DNA of 34,417 nt, from NCBI GenBank assembly GCA_007132315.1, contig SLOW01000298.1:1-34417 (forward strand), read 5' to 3'. Within the stretch, counting starts at the first letter, position 1. Each line of letters starts with the position of its first letter. The position numbers and the translations under genes were made by a program. Source of the stretch: Opitutales bacterium. Lineage in GTDB: Bacteria; Verrucomicrobiota; Verrucomicrobiia; Opitutales; T3Sed10-336. Below are positions 25,947-34,417 of this stretch, one piece after another. The notes below the pieces were generated by a model that was given only the letters and a program-made list of their open reading frames with translations, searched no databases and had not been told where the DNA came from.

Positions 25947-27194
25947 ATGAGAAAGATTGAGAAATACACCTTCGGCATGGGGGATCGTTTCGCTCACCAG
26001 GGTGCGGCGCAACTCCGCGCGATCCTGGAAGCTCGCGAAAGCGGTATCGACGTGTTTCCGGTTTGGAACAAGTCGAATCGCGAACATCAGATCGTGGGAT
26101 CGCAACCCGAATCCCTGCGGGCCGAAGCGGACGGAGCGGTTGCCGGCGCCGGTTGGGACAAACCCTATTACGTCGATGCCGATCACGTGAACCTGAAGAC
26201 GGTTGACGCATTTCTGGAGCACAGTGATTTTTTCACCCTCGACGTTGCCGACCAGGTGGGTAAACCCGCGGGAGCTGACGTGGTGGACGCTTTTGTCCAA
26301 AAACACACCGATTTGTACGGAGAACTGACGATTCCAGGACTGGACGAAATATTGCGCTTGAGTGAAGCGGACGCCCGCGATGCCGCCGGTCGATTTCTGG
26401 AGGCCATTCGCGAAGCCGGCCGGATCCACCGGCATATCGCCGAACACAAACCGGACGGAGACTTCGTGATCGAGGTGTCGATCGACGAAACGGACGCCGC
26501 TCAGTCGCCGGCCGACCTGTTGCTTATCCTGGCCATGATCGCCGACGAAGACATTCCGGCCCAGACTGTGGCCCCCAAATTCACCGGACGATTCAACAAG
26601 GGCGTCGATTACGTGGGAGATCTGGAGCGCTTTGAAACCGAATTCGCCGCCGATCTGGCGATCGTGCGCTACGCGATGGAACGGTTCGGTTTGCCGGACA
26701 CCCTCAAGCTCAGCGTCCATTCCGGCAGCGACAAGTATTCGCTTTATCCGGTGATCAATCGCCTGTTGAAGAAATTCGACGCGGGCGTCCATGTGAAAAC
26801 GGCCGGGACCACCTGGCTGGAGGAAGTAATCGGCCTGGCCGAAGCCGGGGGCGACGGACTGGAACTGGCCAAGGACATTTACGTCGGAGCGCACGCCCGC
26901 TTTGAAGAGTTGACCGCGCCGTACGCAACCGTGATCGACATCGATTTCGACCAGTTGCCACGACCGGACGAGGCCAAGCAGTGGGATTCCGCCACGTTTC
27001 AGGCCACCCTGCGACATGCTCCGGACTCACCCGAATACAACAGGCATTTCCGGCAGCTGATCCACGTCGGTTTCAAAGTGGCCGCGTCCTTGGGTGACCG
27101 GTACACCGACGCCCTGCGGAAACACGAGTCCATCATCGCCGCCAACGTCAAAAACAATCTCCTCGACCGCCACATCCGGCCCATTTTCGGATAA
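25947..27194 (+). CDS. Tagaturonate/fructuronate epimerase (UxaE)-like TIM-barrel protein
   Basis: YTFGMGDRFAHQG ... VFPVWNKSNREH ... YYVDADHV ... FFTLDVAD matches the motif order I recall for the UxaE family. The assignment is from memory, not a search. Confidence 0.6.
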   Translation: MRKIEKYTFGMGDRFAHQGAAQLRAILEARESGIDVFPVWNKSNREHQIVGSQPESLRAEADGAVAGAGWDKPYYVDADHVNLKTVDAFLEHSDFFTLDVADQVGKPAGADVVDAFVQKHTDLYGELTIPGLDEILRLSEADARDAAGRFLEAIREAGRIHRHIAEHKPDGDFVIEVSIDETDAAQSPADLLLILAMIADEDIPAQTVAPKFTGRFNKGVDYVGDLERFETEFAADLAIVRYAMERFGLPDTLKLSVHSGSDKYSLYPVINRLLKKFDAGVHVKTAGTTWLEEVIGLAEAGGDGLELAKDIYVGAHARFEELTAPYATVIDIDFDQLPRPDEAKQWDSATFQATLRHAPDSPEYNRHFRQLIHVGFKVAASLGDRYTDALRKHESIIAANVKNNLLDRHIRPIFG

Positions 27195-27279
27195 GCGGAC
27201 GTTTTGTTGATTGCGGATTAAGGATTCCTGATTGGCGGATTACGGGAAGTCGGGCTTAAAGCACCGACAGGCCGTCAAG

Positions 27280-27507
27280 CTACTTTTCCAGGATCTTACG
27301 CCGCTGGGCTCGATATTCGCATTCGGAAACGGCGCCTTCCTCGCGCGCCTTCTCGAGATCGAGCAGTTCCTGGCCCCGGGTGGTCTGGAAGTATTCGTGG
27401 CGGTGATGCTGGGTGCCGCCTCCAAGGGAGATATGACAACCCGAAGCGAGAAAGACGATGAGGAGGCCGCCCAAAGCGGCGATGATCAATCGTTGGCGCT
27501 TGTTCAT
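27280..27507 (-). CDS. Small lipoprotein with SHOCT-like C-terminus
   Basis: Lipobox LIVFLASGC. The C-terminal LLDLEKAREEGAVSECEYRAQRRKILEK fits the SHOCT pattern. Confidence 0.65.
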   Translation of the reverse strand: MNKRQRLIIAALGGLLIVFLASGCHISLGGGTQHHRHEYFQTTRGQELLDLEKAREEGAVSECEYRAQRRKILEK

Positions 27508-27671
27508 GGGTTTACACGTGCACGAGGTGACGGTGTCGGAGTTTTTTTAGACCTTGCCGGCGAAGCCGGAACACATTCCGAGCCAGCCATGCACGGTATG
27601 GTGAGTGATGGCCGAAACTCTGTCAACTTGTCTTTGTGCGGTTGGACGTGCCGCCGGATGCGTTGTTTCCA

Positions 27672-28511
27672 TCAAACTGTATTCTTCGCGCCTCGTCGCA
27701 ATTGCACGCCTGGCGGGAGGCGGAGGCTCGGCAACCACCGTTTTCCCTTCCGTCTGCCGGAGACTTCGACGACTCCGTGCGGGGTGGGAATGCGTCCGCG
27801 CATGAAAGCGAGGTCGCCGGGGCGGGGGTGGAATTCGATTTCGGCGTAACCCGGTTTCACGGGGCGGACGCCGAGCACGGTACTCGAAAGAAAGAATACC
27901 GGAGCCGCCGACCAGCCGTGACAGTGGCTGCGGGTGAGGCGGCCCTTGCTGAGCGACCACATTTCCCAGAATGTGCTTGCGCCCTCGTCGATCATTAACC
28001 CCAATCCCGGCGAATGGTGTCCAGAAACTCGCGATCGCGTCCTTCCGCGGCCAAGGTTTCCAGCAGGAAGAACTCGAAGAATGAATTCCCGGCCGGCACG
28101 AAGCCTCGCGGCGGGCGGTGGACGATGTTTCGGCAGCGTTTTTCGCGGTCGCCTTCCGCGACCCCGGAAATGAGCGCGCGAGAGTGACGACGGGCAGATC
28201 CGCGCCTTCCAGTGGCGGTCCGTTTTCAGAATACGCGGCTTCGCGGCACCGCCGCGCCGGGCGGGGCCTTCGGCGAGCCGGAGCTCCGCCGCCAGGTACG
28301 GCGACAGATCGTATTCGTCGTATTTCCAGTGAGCGGGCCAATCGGGAACCGGGCCGAATCTGACGTATCTGCCGTTCGCATACAAGGTGTAGCGCGAGTC
28401 GGCCGTGATCTTAAGTGTCCCTTCACTCGGTCCGCGAAGAGAGAACGTCCGGCGGAAGCAAACGAATGCGTTGCGGTCGGGGTGAAGATCGCGGGGCCAT
28501 ATCCAGTTCAT
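27672..28511 (-). pseudogene. alpha-L-rhamnosidase (GH78) relic: large internal loss plus frameshifts
   Basis: N-domain: MNWIWPRD...NAFVCFRRTFSL...LKITADSRYTLYANGRYVRFGPV...YDEYDLSPYL. Second frame: ALISGVAEGDREKRCRNIVHRPPRGFVPAGNSFFEFFLLETLAAEGRDREFLDTIRRDWG. First frame again: LMIDEGASTFWEMW...SHCHGWSAAPVFFL...VKPGYAEIEFHPRPGDL. The total is about 280 codons, whereas GH78 enzymes usually have roughly 700-900 aa. Confidence 0.75.
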
Positions 28512-28692
28512 TATGCAAATCGCTTTTGGTTGTTCGGCCGGCGGAACCTTGGTTGGAAAAAATCCGATCAACCTCGGGATTCATGTCGAGAATGTTGGGC
28601 GGAGGGTTCCGGGAAATCGTTGGAAAAATTTTTGGGACTGTGGTAGCCTGTTTTGATATCGAGCGGAAAATACCGAAGAAGGGATAGAGTCC

Positions 28693-29580
28693 ATGGCACG
28701 AGCGAACGAAACGGTATCCGGATTTTCGAAGAATACGGGCAGCGAGGATGCGCGCGTTTCCGGGCATGACCCAGGGCTGTACGATCACAACGCGGTTGCC
28801 GAGAAGATCGACGGGCTCGACGATATTACGGAGAAGCACCTCGACCGTTACCGTGAGCAGGGGTACCTGGCCGTGGAGAACGCGTTCACTCCTGAGGAAG
28901 TCAACACGGGATTGTCCGGGCTGATTCATCTGATCATGGGAGGGAATCCCGACTTTGAGGGCGTTTCTTTCGAGGCAAGCGCGCGGAAGGTTCTTTCCAC
29001 GCTGGGGGCCGAAGCCCGGCAGGACGCGGTCCGCAAGTTGATGTCGTTTGTGGAATACGACGAGCGATTAAAAGCTCTGGCGAACCACCCGAAGCTGATT
29101 CGCGTCGTCGAAAGGATCGTGGGCGAACGGGTCAGCTTGTTCCAGGACATGGCATTGCTGAAGCCACCCCGGGTGGGAACCGAGAAACCGTGGCATCAGG
29201 ATCACGCGTATTTCAATTACCCGCTGGACACGACGGTGGTCGGGGTGTGGATTGCGCTCGACGAAGCCACCCTGGAAAATGGGTGCATGCGGGTTCTCGC
29301 CGGCGGCCACAGGAAAGGGCCGGTGACGCACTTCAATCGGCGCGACTGGCAGATCTGCGACAAGGATATGGACGGGAAAAAAGGAGTGGTTGCGGTTCCG
29401 CTGAAGCCGGGCGGTCTCATGCTTTTCGACGGTCTCCTTCCACACGGGACACCCCGCAATAATTCTCCCAGCCGGCGCCGCGCGCTCCAGTTCCACTACC
29501 GGAACGAGCGTTCTCAAAAATGGAGCGAGGAAGAACGCCTGGCGCTCTTCGGCAGCGAGGGAAAAGGCGTGGCGTGTTGA
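28693..29580 (+). CDS. Phytanoyl-CoA dioxygenase (PhyH) family Fe(II)/2-oxoglutarate oxygenase
   Basis: HLDRYREQGYLAVENAFTPEEV, WHQDHAYF, VGVWIALDEATLENGCMRVLAGGHRKGPV, and HGTPRNNS near the C-terminus. Confidence 0.9.
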   Translation: MARANETVSGFSKNTGSEDARVSGHDPGLYDHNAVAEKIDGLDDITEKHLDRYREQGYLAVENAFTPEEVNTGLSGLIHLIMGGNPDFEGVSFEASARKVLSTLGAEARQDAVRKLMSFVEYDERLKALANHPKLIRVVERIVGERVSLFQDMALLKPPRVGTEKPWHQDHAYFNYPLDTTVVGVWIALDEATLENGCMRVLAGGHRKGPVTHFNRRDWQICDKDMDGKKGVVAVPLKPGGLMLFDGLLPHGTPRNNSPSRRRALQFHYRNERSQKWSEEERLALFGSEGKGVAC

Positions 29581-29751
29581 GTCCGTCCGTGCGAACGCCT
29601 CAGCGAACCGGCACCCGGGGGAAAAGCTCGCCTTCCAGAGCTGTTCCCTCTTCGAGGTTCTACGGATCGGTGATGGAGTGAGGCTTCTCTCCAGAAAGAG
29701 GAAGCGCGATCCCGATCTGCTCCTCACGGAGCGACCTGCGAGGAGAACAGT

Positions 29752-30530
29752 CTAATCCCGAATACGGGTCTGGTAATGATCGATGTCGAGTAATACAAAA
29801 CTCATATAATCGCCGAAATCGAGAACGCCGTACCCCGAGTGGCCGGGAAAGGCGAAGAGGCTGTAGTAATACAGGGATATTTCCTCCCAAATGCATCGGT
29901 GTCTTCGTAGGCGTCGCGTCCCCGTCCCCCGCCCCAGTAATAACCGCCTCTAACTTCGTGGTTGCCGATACCGGCCAGGACGGGGATGACGCGTCCTTCG
30001 TCCGCAATTTCAAACGTTTCATGTTCACGCCAGGAATTCATGACGCCGGTAGCTCGCGTATCGAAGCCGATCTCCCCTTCCGTCATGAGTTCGCTCCGGG
30101 CGATTTCCTCTCCGTTCAGATAATACACCGCCCCGTCGTCAATGATCCGTTCCAGGCGGAGGCGCATGCCGTCGGTGGGACCTTCGTAGTCAAACGTCTT
30201 TCGAAAGTAATAGGTGATCTGATGTTCGTTGAGTTCCGTCTGTAACCCGGGTTCGGGCCAGCGGTGGTGGCGGTCCCATGTATCGTATCCCAGAAGGGCG
30301 GGGCCTTCCCGCCGATCGCTGTCGTCGTAATCGGAGCGCCGCCATTCGGTGCCCGAATCGACGTTTTCATCGTGGTATCGCCACGTCGCGTCAAAATCGA
30401 CAAGCACTTCGGCGTCGATCAGGGCTTCCGCTCGCGCCGCCATGAAGGTAATGCCGCAGACCGCCAATGAAAACGAGTACAATCGAAGCTGTCTAATTAG
30501 GGGAGAGTTGTTCATGTCTTCATGCGCCAT
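29752..30530 (-). pseudogene. Secreted metallophosphoesterase with N-terminal CBM-like domain, frameshifted and 3'-truncated
   Basis: Signal peptide. WRYHDENVDSGTEWRRSDYDDSD..GPALLGYDT...ITYYFRKTF...DDGAVYYLNGEEIARS, then ...VLAGIGNHEV. After about 29875 the sensible reading moves to another frame (SLYYYSLFAFPGHSGYGVLDFGDYMSFVLLDIDHYQTRIRD*) and stops at 29752-29754, before the distal metallophosphoesterase motifs. Confidence 0.65.
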
Positions 30531-30851
30531 GGTTGATTCGTTGAGATCAAGCAAGAAACTTTCAACAAATCACGAATCATGGAACGCCGCTCTTTTTTAA
30601 ATACCTTCCTGAGTCCGTGAAATAATTCCAATAGAATAGTTTCAAATGGTTGATTAGTCGTATTTCGTGTCATTTTTTAACACTTTACCGGAGCACCCTG
30701 TAGGTGAACAAACCATGCGACTAAAAATAGCAAGGGACGAAGTGCGGAATACACAGACAGCGCCGGCCACCCGGGCGGGAAAGGCATGCGCCTGGTTTAA
30801 CGTATTCGCGAAGCGGCTGAACCGAGCTTGCCTGCCCCCTTGGCTTGGCGT

Positions 30852-31037
30852 ATGCTGCGAATCATGATCATCGGAGTCATCAGCGACACGCACGACCATC
30901 TGCCCAGAATCGCAATGCAAGACGGCATTCTCCACATCAATCCCGGCGAATGCTGCGGCTGGCGTTACGGCCGACGCACCGTCGCCCTGCTCAACCTCGC
31001 GGCCATGCAAGCGGACTTCATCGACGTCCCGTTGTGA
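30852..31037 (+). pseudogene. YfcE/MJ0936-type phosphodiesterase with in-frame internal deletion
   Basis: MLRIMIIGVISDTHDHLPRI joins directly to DGILHINPGECCGWRYGRRTVALLNL...FIDVPL. The N- and C-terminal motifs are present, but roughly 90 central residues (GD, GNxD and GHTH motifs) are missing. 61 codons in total. Confidence 0.6.
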
Positions 31038-31047
31038 ACGGGTTCCC

Positions 31048-31941
31048 ATGACGACGCAACTGCTCGCCCTTCTGATCCTCTCCTCCTGCCTCCACGCCGC
31101 TTGGAATCTGGCGGGGAGGAAGTGGCGGGGGGTCTCCGATTTTCTCTGGGGAGTGGGTGTCTGGACGGGGATTTGGGCGATCACCGCCTTTCCATTCGCT
31201 GTTCACTCCCTGCAGTGGCAACCGACACTGATACTCTGCGCCGTCGCCAGCGGAACCGCATTGGGCGGCTATATGTTTTTCGTCGAACGGGCCTACCGCA
31301 CCGGGGACATTTCACTGGTTTATCCCCTGATCCGCAGTTCGCCGCTTTGGGTGAGTCTCTTGAGCGTCCTGTTTTTCGGTGAAACCTTGTCTCCGGCGGC
31401 CTGGGGGGGCGTGTTGTGCGCCACCTTGGGGGTGTGCGTGCTGCCTCTGCGGAGTCTCCATCCGAAGGCCGCCGTTTCCCTCGCGCCTTCCGTCGGCCGG
31501 ACGGGCATTCTCTTCGCCCTGGCGGCCAGCTTTTGCACCTGCGTCTACAGCTTGAGTGACAAAGTCGCCATGGAACTGGCGGCGACGGGCGTCCTGGCCG
31601 GGGCCGGCTTGGTGGGGGTTTCCTGGCCTCTTGGCCTGTTCGTCTGGGCGGGTTTGCACCGCAACGGACGGCGCGGTTTCCATTGGCGGACCCTCACCGT
31701 GCCCCCGGTCTCCCTTTGGCAAATGGCCCTCTACGGGCTTTGCTCCTACTTGGCCTATACCATAGTCATCGGAGTCATGATCCACGCAGGCGCCGGCCGC
31801 GTTCTGGCCGTCACCAATCTCGGCGTCGTCCTCGGTGCCCTCGGGGGCATCCTCTTTTTCGGCGAGCGCGAACGCGCCCTCCCCCGGTTGCTCGGACTGG
31901 GTTTGGTGGTAACTGGAATCATCCTTTTGCGGCTGTTTTAA
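31048..31941 (+). CDS. DMT superfamily (EamA-like) transporter
   Basis: 297 aa, about 10 predicted TM helices in two EamA-like halves (LVYPLIRSSPLWVSLLSVLFFGETLS...; ...LGALGGILFFGERE). Confidence 0.8.
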   Translation: MTTQLLALLILSSCLHAAWNLAGRKWRGVSDFLWGVGVWTGIWAITAFPFAVHSLQWQPTLILCAVASGTALGGYMFFVERAYRTGDISLVYPLIRSSPLWVSLLSVLFFGETLSPAAWGGVLCATLGVCVLPLRSLHPKAAVSLAPSVGRTGILFALAASFCTCVYSLSDKVAMELAATGVLAGAGLVGVSWPLGLFVWAGLHRNGRRGFHWRTLTVPPVSLWQMALYGLCSYLAYTIVIGVMIHAGAGRVLAVTNLGVVLGALGGILFFGERERALPRLLGLGLVVTGIILLRLF

Positions 31942-32077
31942 GGACGGGCACTAAGGGTTCGCGCAAAAAAAATTACATTTTCTGGGGTTCGAGAGTGTAG
32001 TTCCATTGTGGGAACGTTTCGTGCTTGGTAAGGTTTAACTGCTCTATTTGGAAATCTGAGATCGATTCGCCTTTTGG

Positions 32078-32371
32078 TTAGGTTTGTCGCTTAAGATATG
32101 CTTTTACTCGCAGGCCGGTTGCAGTTCGGGTGCTTCGGACAAGTTTGAGGATTCGCTCAAAGCTCAGCAGCGGTTGTGCCGCCCAAATCTTACTGATCTC
32201 AGAGAAGAGCCGATGCACTATCGGATTATACTTCGAGGTTTCCGGCGGATAATGGCATACTGTCACCGACAGGCGCAGCCGGTTGCAAAGTTGGTTTTGC
32301 ATTCTCCATTTCCACGCACGCAACCGGGGGCCGTTGCTGCCTCCGCAGTCAGCTAAAATAAGGACTTCCAA
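32078..32371 (-). mobile_element. C-terminal fragment of an ISAzo13-family (Rhodopirellula-type DDE) transposase
   Basis: LILADCGGSNGPRLRAWKWRMQNQLCNRLRLSVTVCHYPPETSKYNPIVHRLFSEISKIWAAQPLLSFE matches the ADGGxSNG...W...L...V.HyPPgTSKwN.IEHRLFS block of ISAzo13 transposases. A stop lies immediately upstream, and the N-terminal roughly 300 aa are absent. Confidence 0.75.
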
Positions 32372-32379
32372 TCAAAAAC

Positions 32380-32648
32380 GTGAGGCATTCGAACGGTTGA
32401 CCGATCGGTTCATTCCCGCATTCCGGACCGAACAACCTCCCGAAATCGACGGCTCCATGGATCCCGCCGGATGGCCCGAAGCCGCGGCTTTTGCGTTGGA
32501 GAAACAGGAGATCGAACGGTTCGCATATGCGGCTTTGGAGAATCTCCGGGCGGATGGGTTTCTGGCATGGGACGAGGACCATTTGTATCTGGCTGTTATG
32601 GTTGAGGACAATATACACGAGAAAGCCGGATCAGGGGGAGGGGGATAG
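32380..32648 (+). pseudogene. Fragment of a CBM9/DOMON-like carbohydrate-binding domain gene
   Basis: FIPAFRTEQPPEIDGSMDPAGWPEAAAF...ADGFLAWDEDHLYLAVMVEDNIHEK resembles the start of CBM9-like modules. It has no start or signal peptide and is cut off by the converging phosphoesterase 3' end. Confidence 0.3.
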
Positions 32649-33749
32649 AGCTGGGAACTTTTCCTCTAAAAGAGGTTCCTTCCTGAGGTTCAGGACGGTC
32701 AATTTGAATGTTTTTTTGTCGGCTTCGGCTTGGATCAGGGTTGAAGTTTGCGGATCGGGCCCGCCTCCAATCACCTGAGCGTAGGGAAAACCGTCCTCCG
32801 GCGGCAGGTAGGTGAACTGGTGGGTGTGGCCTGAAAGGATCAACTGTGCTCCCCATTCGATCAAAGAGTTATGCCAGAGGATACGGCTCCTTTCACTGCA
32901 GCAGTCGTAATCATACACCTTCTTTTCCACAATCCACCGCAGTGGAAGGTGGCAGCAAACGATCCGGAACGGAGCGTCGCGGATGGCGGGTTCGCGGATG
33001 ATTTGTTTCAGCCATAGGGCCTGTTCCTCGCGCAAGGTTTGGCACGCCACCCGTCCATGGAATGTCGGGTGATGGTCGGGTTTGTCCTCGCCTGTATTCA
33101 GGAAAAGGATCGCCACCGGTCCGCTCCGGACTGCCCGGTAGGGCTTGGTTCCGGGCCGAAAAACCAGACTGGGAAGGCGGAAGCCCCAAGTGCCGCGGAC
33201 GTCGTGATTGCCCGGATTGAAGATCATTGGGCGTCCCCGGGTGAAATCCGTACCGCCGGGGTGCAACAGGGTGGGGATCAGCGCATCCTCTTCATGCCAG
33301 TCATTGCAGATGTCCCCGTTCCAGGCCAGAAAATCGAGGTCTCTCGGAGTGATTCTATCCAGCGTGCGGATCGTCTCCTCCTGACTGTGCGTATCGCTCC
33401 ATACCGCAAACCGGGTATGACCCTTTGCCGGATCCAGGGTGCGCAGGCTCCGCCAGTCGCTGGTCCGGCGAACGGATGGGTCATCCATCGATTCCGTGAC
33501 CGCCCGAAACCGCAGCTCCATACCCGGGTGCAGTCCGGTTACCGGAACCCTGATAACTTCCGTTCCCTGCGGGATGAAGCCGTATCCATCATGGGCGAAA
33601 ACGAGCGGCTCCGGATGGTCACGGCTCACCAGTTCCACCCAGCCGCGGCAGAGGAACGGAACCGTCCAGGCGACGTCAAATCCGTCCTCTCCCGGACCCA
33701 TGATCACCGGAGGTCCCGGCTCGAAAGGCGTTAAGGATGGATCAAGCAT
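32631..33749 (-). CDS. Metallophosphoesterase (purple-acid-phosphatase-like, with N-terminal beta domain)
   Basis: FAVWSDTHSQ, LAWNGDICNDW, FNPGNHDVRG, VCCHLPL and LILSGHTHQF motifs occur in canonical order. Confidence 0.85.
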   Translation of the reverse strand: MLDPSLTPFEPGPPVIMGPGEDGFDVAWTVPFLCRGWVELVSRDHPEPLVFAHDGYGFIPQGTEVIRVPVTGLHPGMELRFRAVTESMDDPSVRRTSDWRSLRTLDPAKGHTRFAVWSDTHSQEETIRTLDRITPRDLDFLAWNGDICNDWHEEDALIPTLLHPGGTDFTRGRPMIFNPGNHDVRGTWGFRLPSLVFRPGTKPYRAVRSGPVAILFLNTGEDKPDHHPTFHGRVACQTLREEQALWLKQIIREPAIRDAPFRIVCCHLPLRWIVEKKVYDYDCCSERSRILWHNSLIEWGAQLILSGHTHQFTYLPPEDGFPYAQVIGGGPDPQTSTLIQAEADKKTFKLTVLNLRKEPLLEEKFPALSPSP

Positions 33750-33768
33750 GGAGAACCACCTTTCCAGT

Positions 33769-33880
33769 GATTCGCTTTTCCGGACCGGGAGCGTTGGAGA
33801 CCTTCAAGCCACTATCCATGACTAAGGGAGGCCACAGATGCCGCCGAGAAGCCGATATCGAAACCATCAAGACCGGCAGC
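33769..33880. repeat. Probable diverged copy (X) of the dispersed repeat
   Basis: gattcgcttttccggaccgggagcgttggagaccttcaag aligns with box1-box2 of copies A and B once a 10-nt deletion is allowed. ...gccgagaagccgatatcgaaaccatcaagacc aligns with gtcgagaatgcgaaaaacggacgaaactgtcaagccc. Same orientation. Confidence 0.35.
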
Positions 33881-34006
33881 CGCGCAAGGGGAGCCCACCG
33901 GATACCCCGAGTCCGACTGGCTGGTCGTGGCGGCCGGGCCGAAAAGTGGATCTGTCAACAATAAATCCGAACCGATGGTCAGCCCCTCCATGAACGAATG
34001 AAAAGA

Positions 34007-34171
34007 AATCGCTTTTCAGGCGGCGCGGGTCCCCGCTCGTTGGAACCGGTCTGAAGGAGCGCTTTGATGGGGTCGAGAATGCGAAAAACGGACGAAACTG
34101 TCAAGCCCTTCCACATTCCGGCTTCAACGGTGGTTAAACTGGGGGCGGAACCCTGCGATTGAGTGTGAAAC
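34007..34171. repeat. Dispersed 165-nt repeat, copy B
   Basis: See copy A: three invariant boxes (34007-34026, 34031-34052, 34156-34171), identical length and orientation. Confidence 0.8.
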
Positions 34172-34208
34172 CGCGCGGCGAGCTTTTCGGGGACATACCG
34201 CCCCTGCC

Positions 34209-34417
34209 GCGAGCGCTCATTCGTTTGCGCAGCCCATCACCGGTTTGGTTTCGCAGTCGGGGAAAGGGTCATCGTGGCAGGGCTCGACGGTATTGCATGA
34301 CAAGCAGGGCGTGCATGATCCGCACGATAACCCGAGCATTGCGCTGGATGGCGACGGCCATGTTTGGGTTTTCATAAACGGTCGAGGCCGTGGGCGTCTG
34401 TCCAGGATTCAAGTATA
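34209..34417 (+). CDS. Partial ORF (runs off the window), possibly a BNR/Asp-box beta-propeller protein lacking an N-terminus
   Basis: Frame 3 reads ...FAQPITGLVSQSGKGSSWQGSTVLHDKQGVHDPHDNPSIALDGDGHVWVFINGRG. SQSGKGSSW is Asp-box-like. There is no credible start or signal peptide between repeat copy B and this sequence. Confidence 0.3.

Noticed and set aside
34217-34375. 52-codon Cys-rich minus-strand ORF (MKTQTWPSPSSAMLGLSCGSCTPCLSCNTVEPCHDDPFPDCETKPVMGCANE) as a possible RiPP or metal-binding peptide
   Set aside because: It lies fully antisense to the more protein-like plus-strand partial ORF, has no RBS, and no maturation genes are nearby. It is probably a shadow ORF.
34380-34417. Possible extra frameshift at the right edge (PGFKY readable in another frame after ...WVFINGRGRG)
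   Set aside because: This rests only on a vague memory of a motif. It is too close to the window end to evaluate.

Overview
GC-rich bacterial chromosomal segment, possibly a whole contig. Inference only: the PEP-CTERM protein, ISAzo13/Rhodopirellula-type transposase relic and polysaccharide-degrading enzymes suggest a PVC-group organism (Verrucomicrobiota, Kiritimatiellota or Planctomycetota-like). About 1.7-13 kb is a housekeeping backbone: Amidase_2 peptidoglycan amidase, RecQ, a PEP-CTERM protein, YceH/DUF480, a 992-aa FAD/Fe-S oxidase (YdiJ-like), eukaryote-type UDP-glucose 6-dehydrogenase and dCMP deaminase. The middle holds a tetR-MFP-RND efflux operon whose outer-membrane-factor gene is cut off after about 36 codons. 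It abuts a roughly 1-kb cassette of two divergent ribbon-helix-helix genes plus an orphan ORF. The transglutaminase-like gene on the other side of the cassette carries an in-frame TAG. Next come glsB-like, hpf, rnk, a large secreted uncharacterised protein, an acidic anchored protein and a UxaE-like enzyme. About 27.6-32.7 kb is a gene graveyard: a GH78 rhamnosidase relic, a frameshifted metallophosphoesterase, an internally deleted YfcE-like gene, an ISAzo13 transposase fragment and a CBM9-like fragment, interspersed with intact PhyH, DMT and metallophosphoesterase genes. The least explained signal is a dispersed 165-nt repeat with three invariant boxes. It has two clear copies near the two window ends and 1-2 degenerate copies, all in the same orientation. 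I found no CRISPR array, rRNA or tRNA. All family assignments rest on motif recognition by eye; no database search was run.
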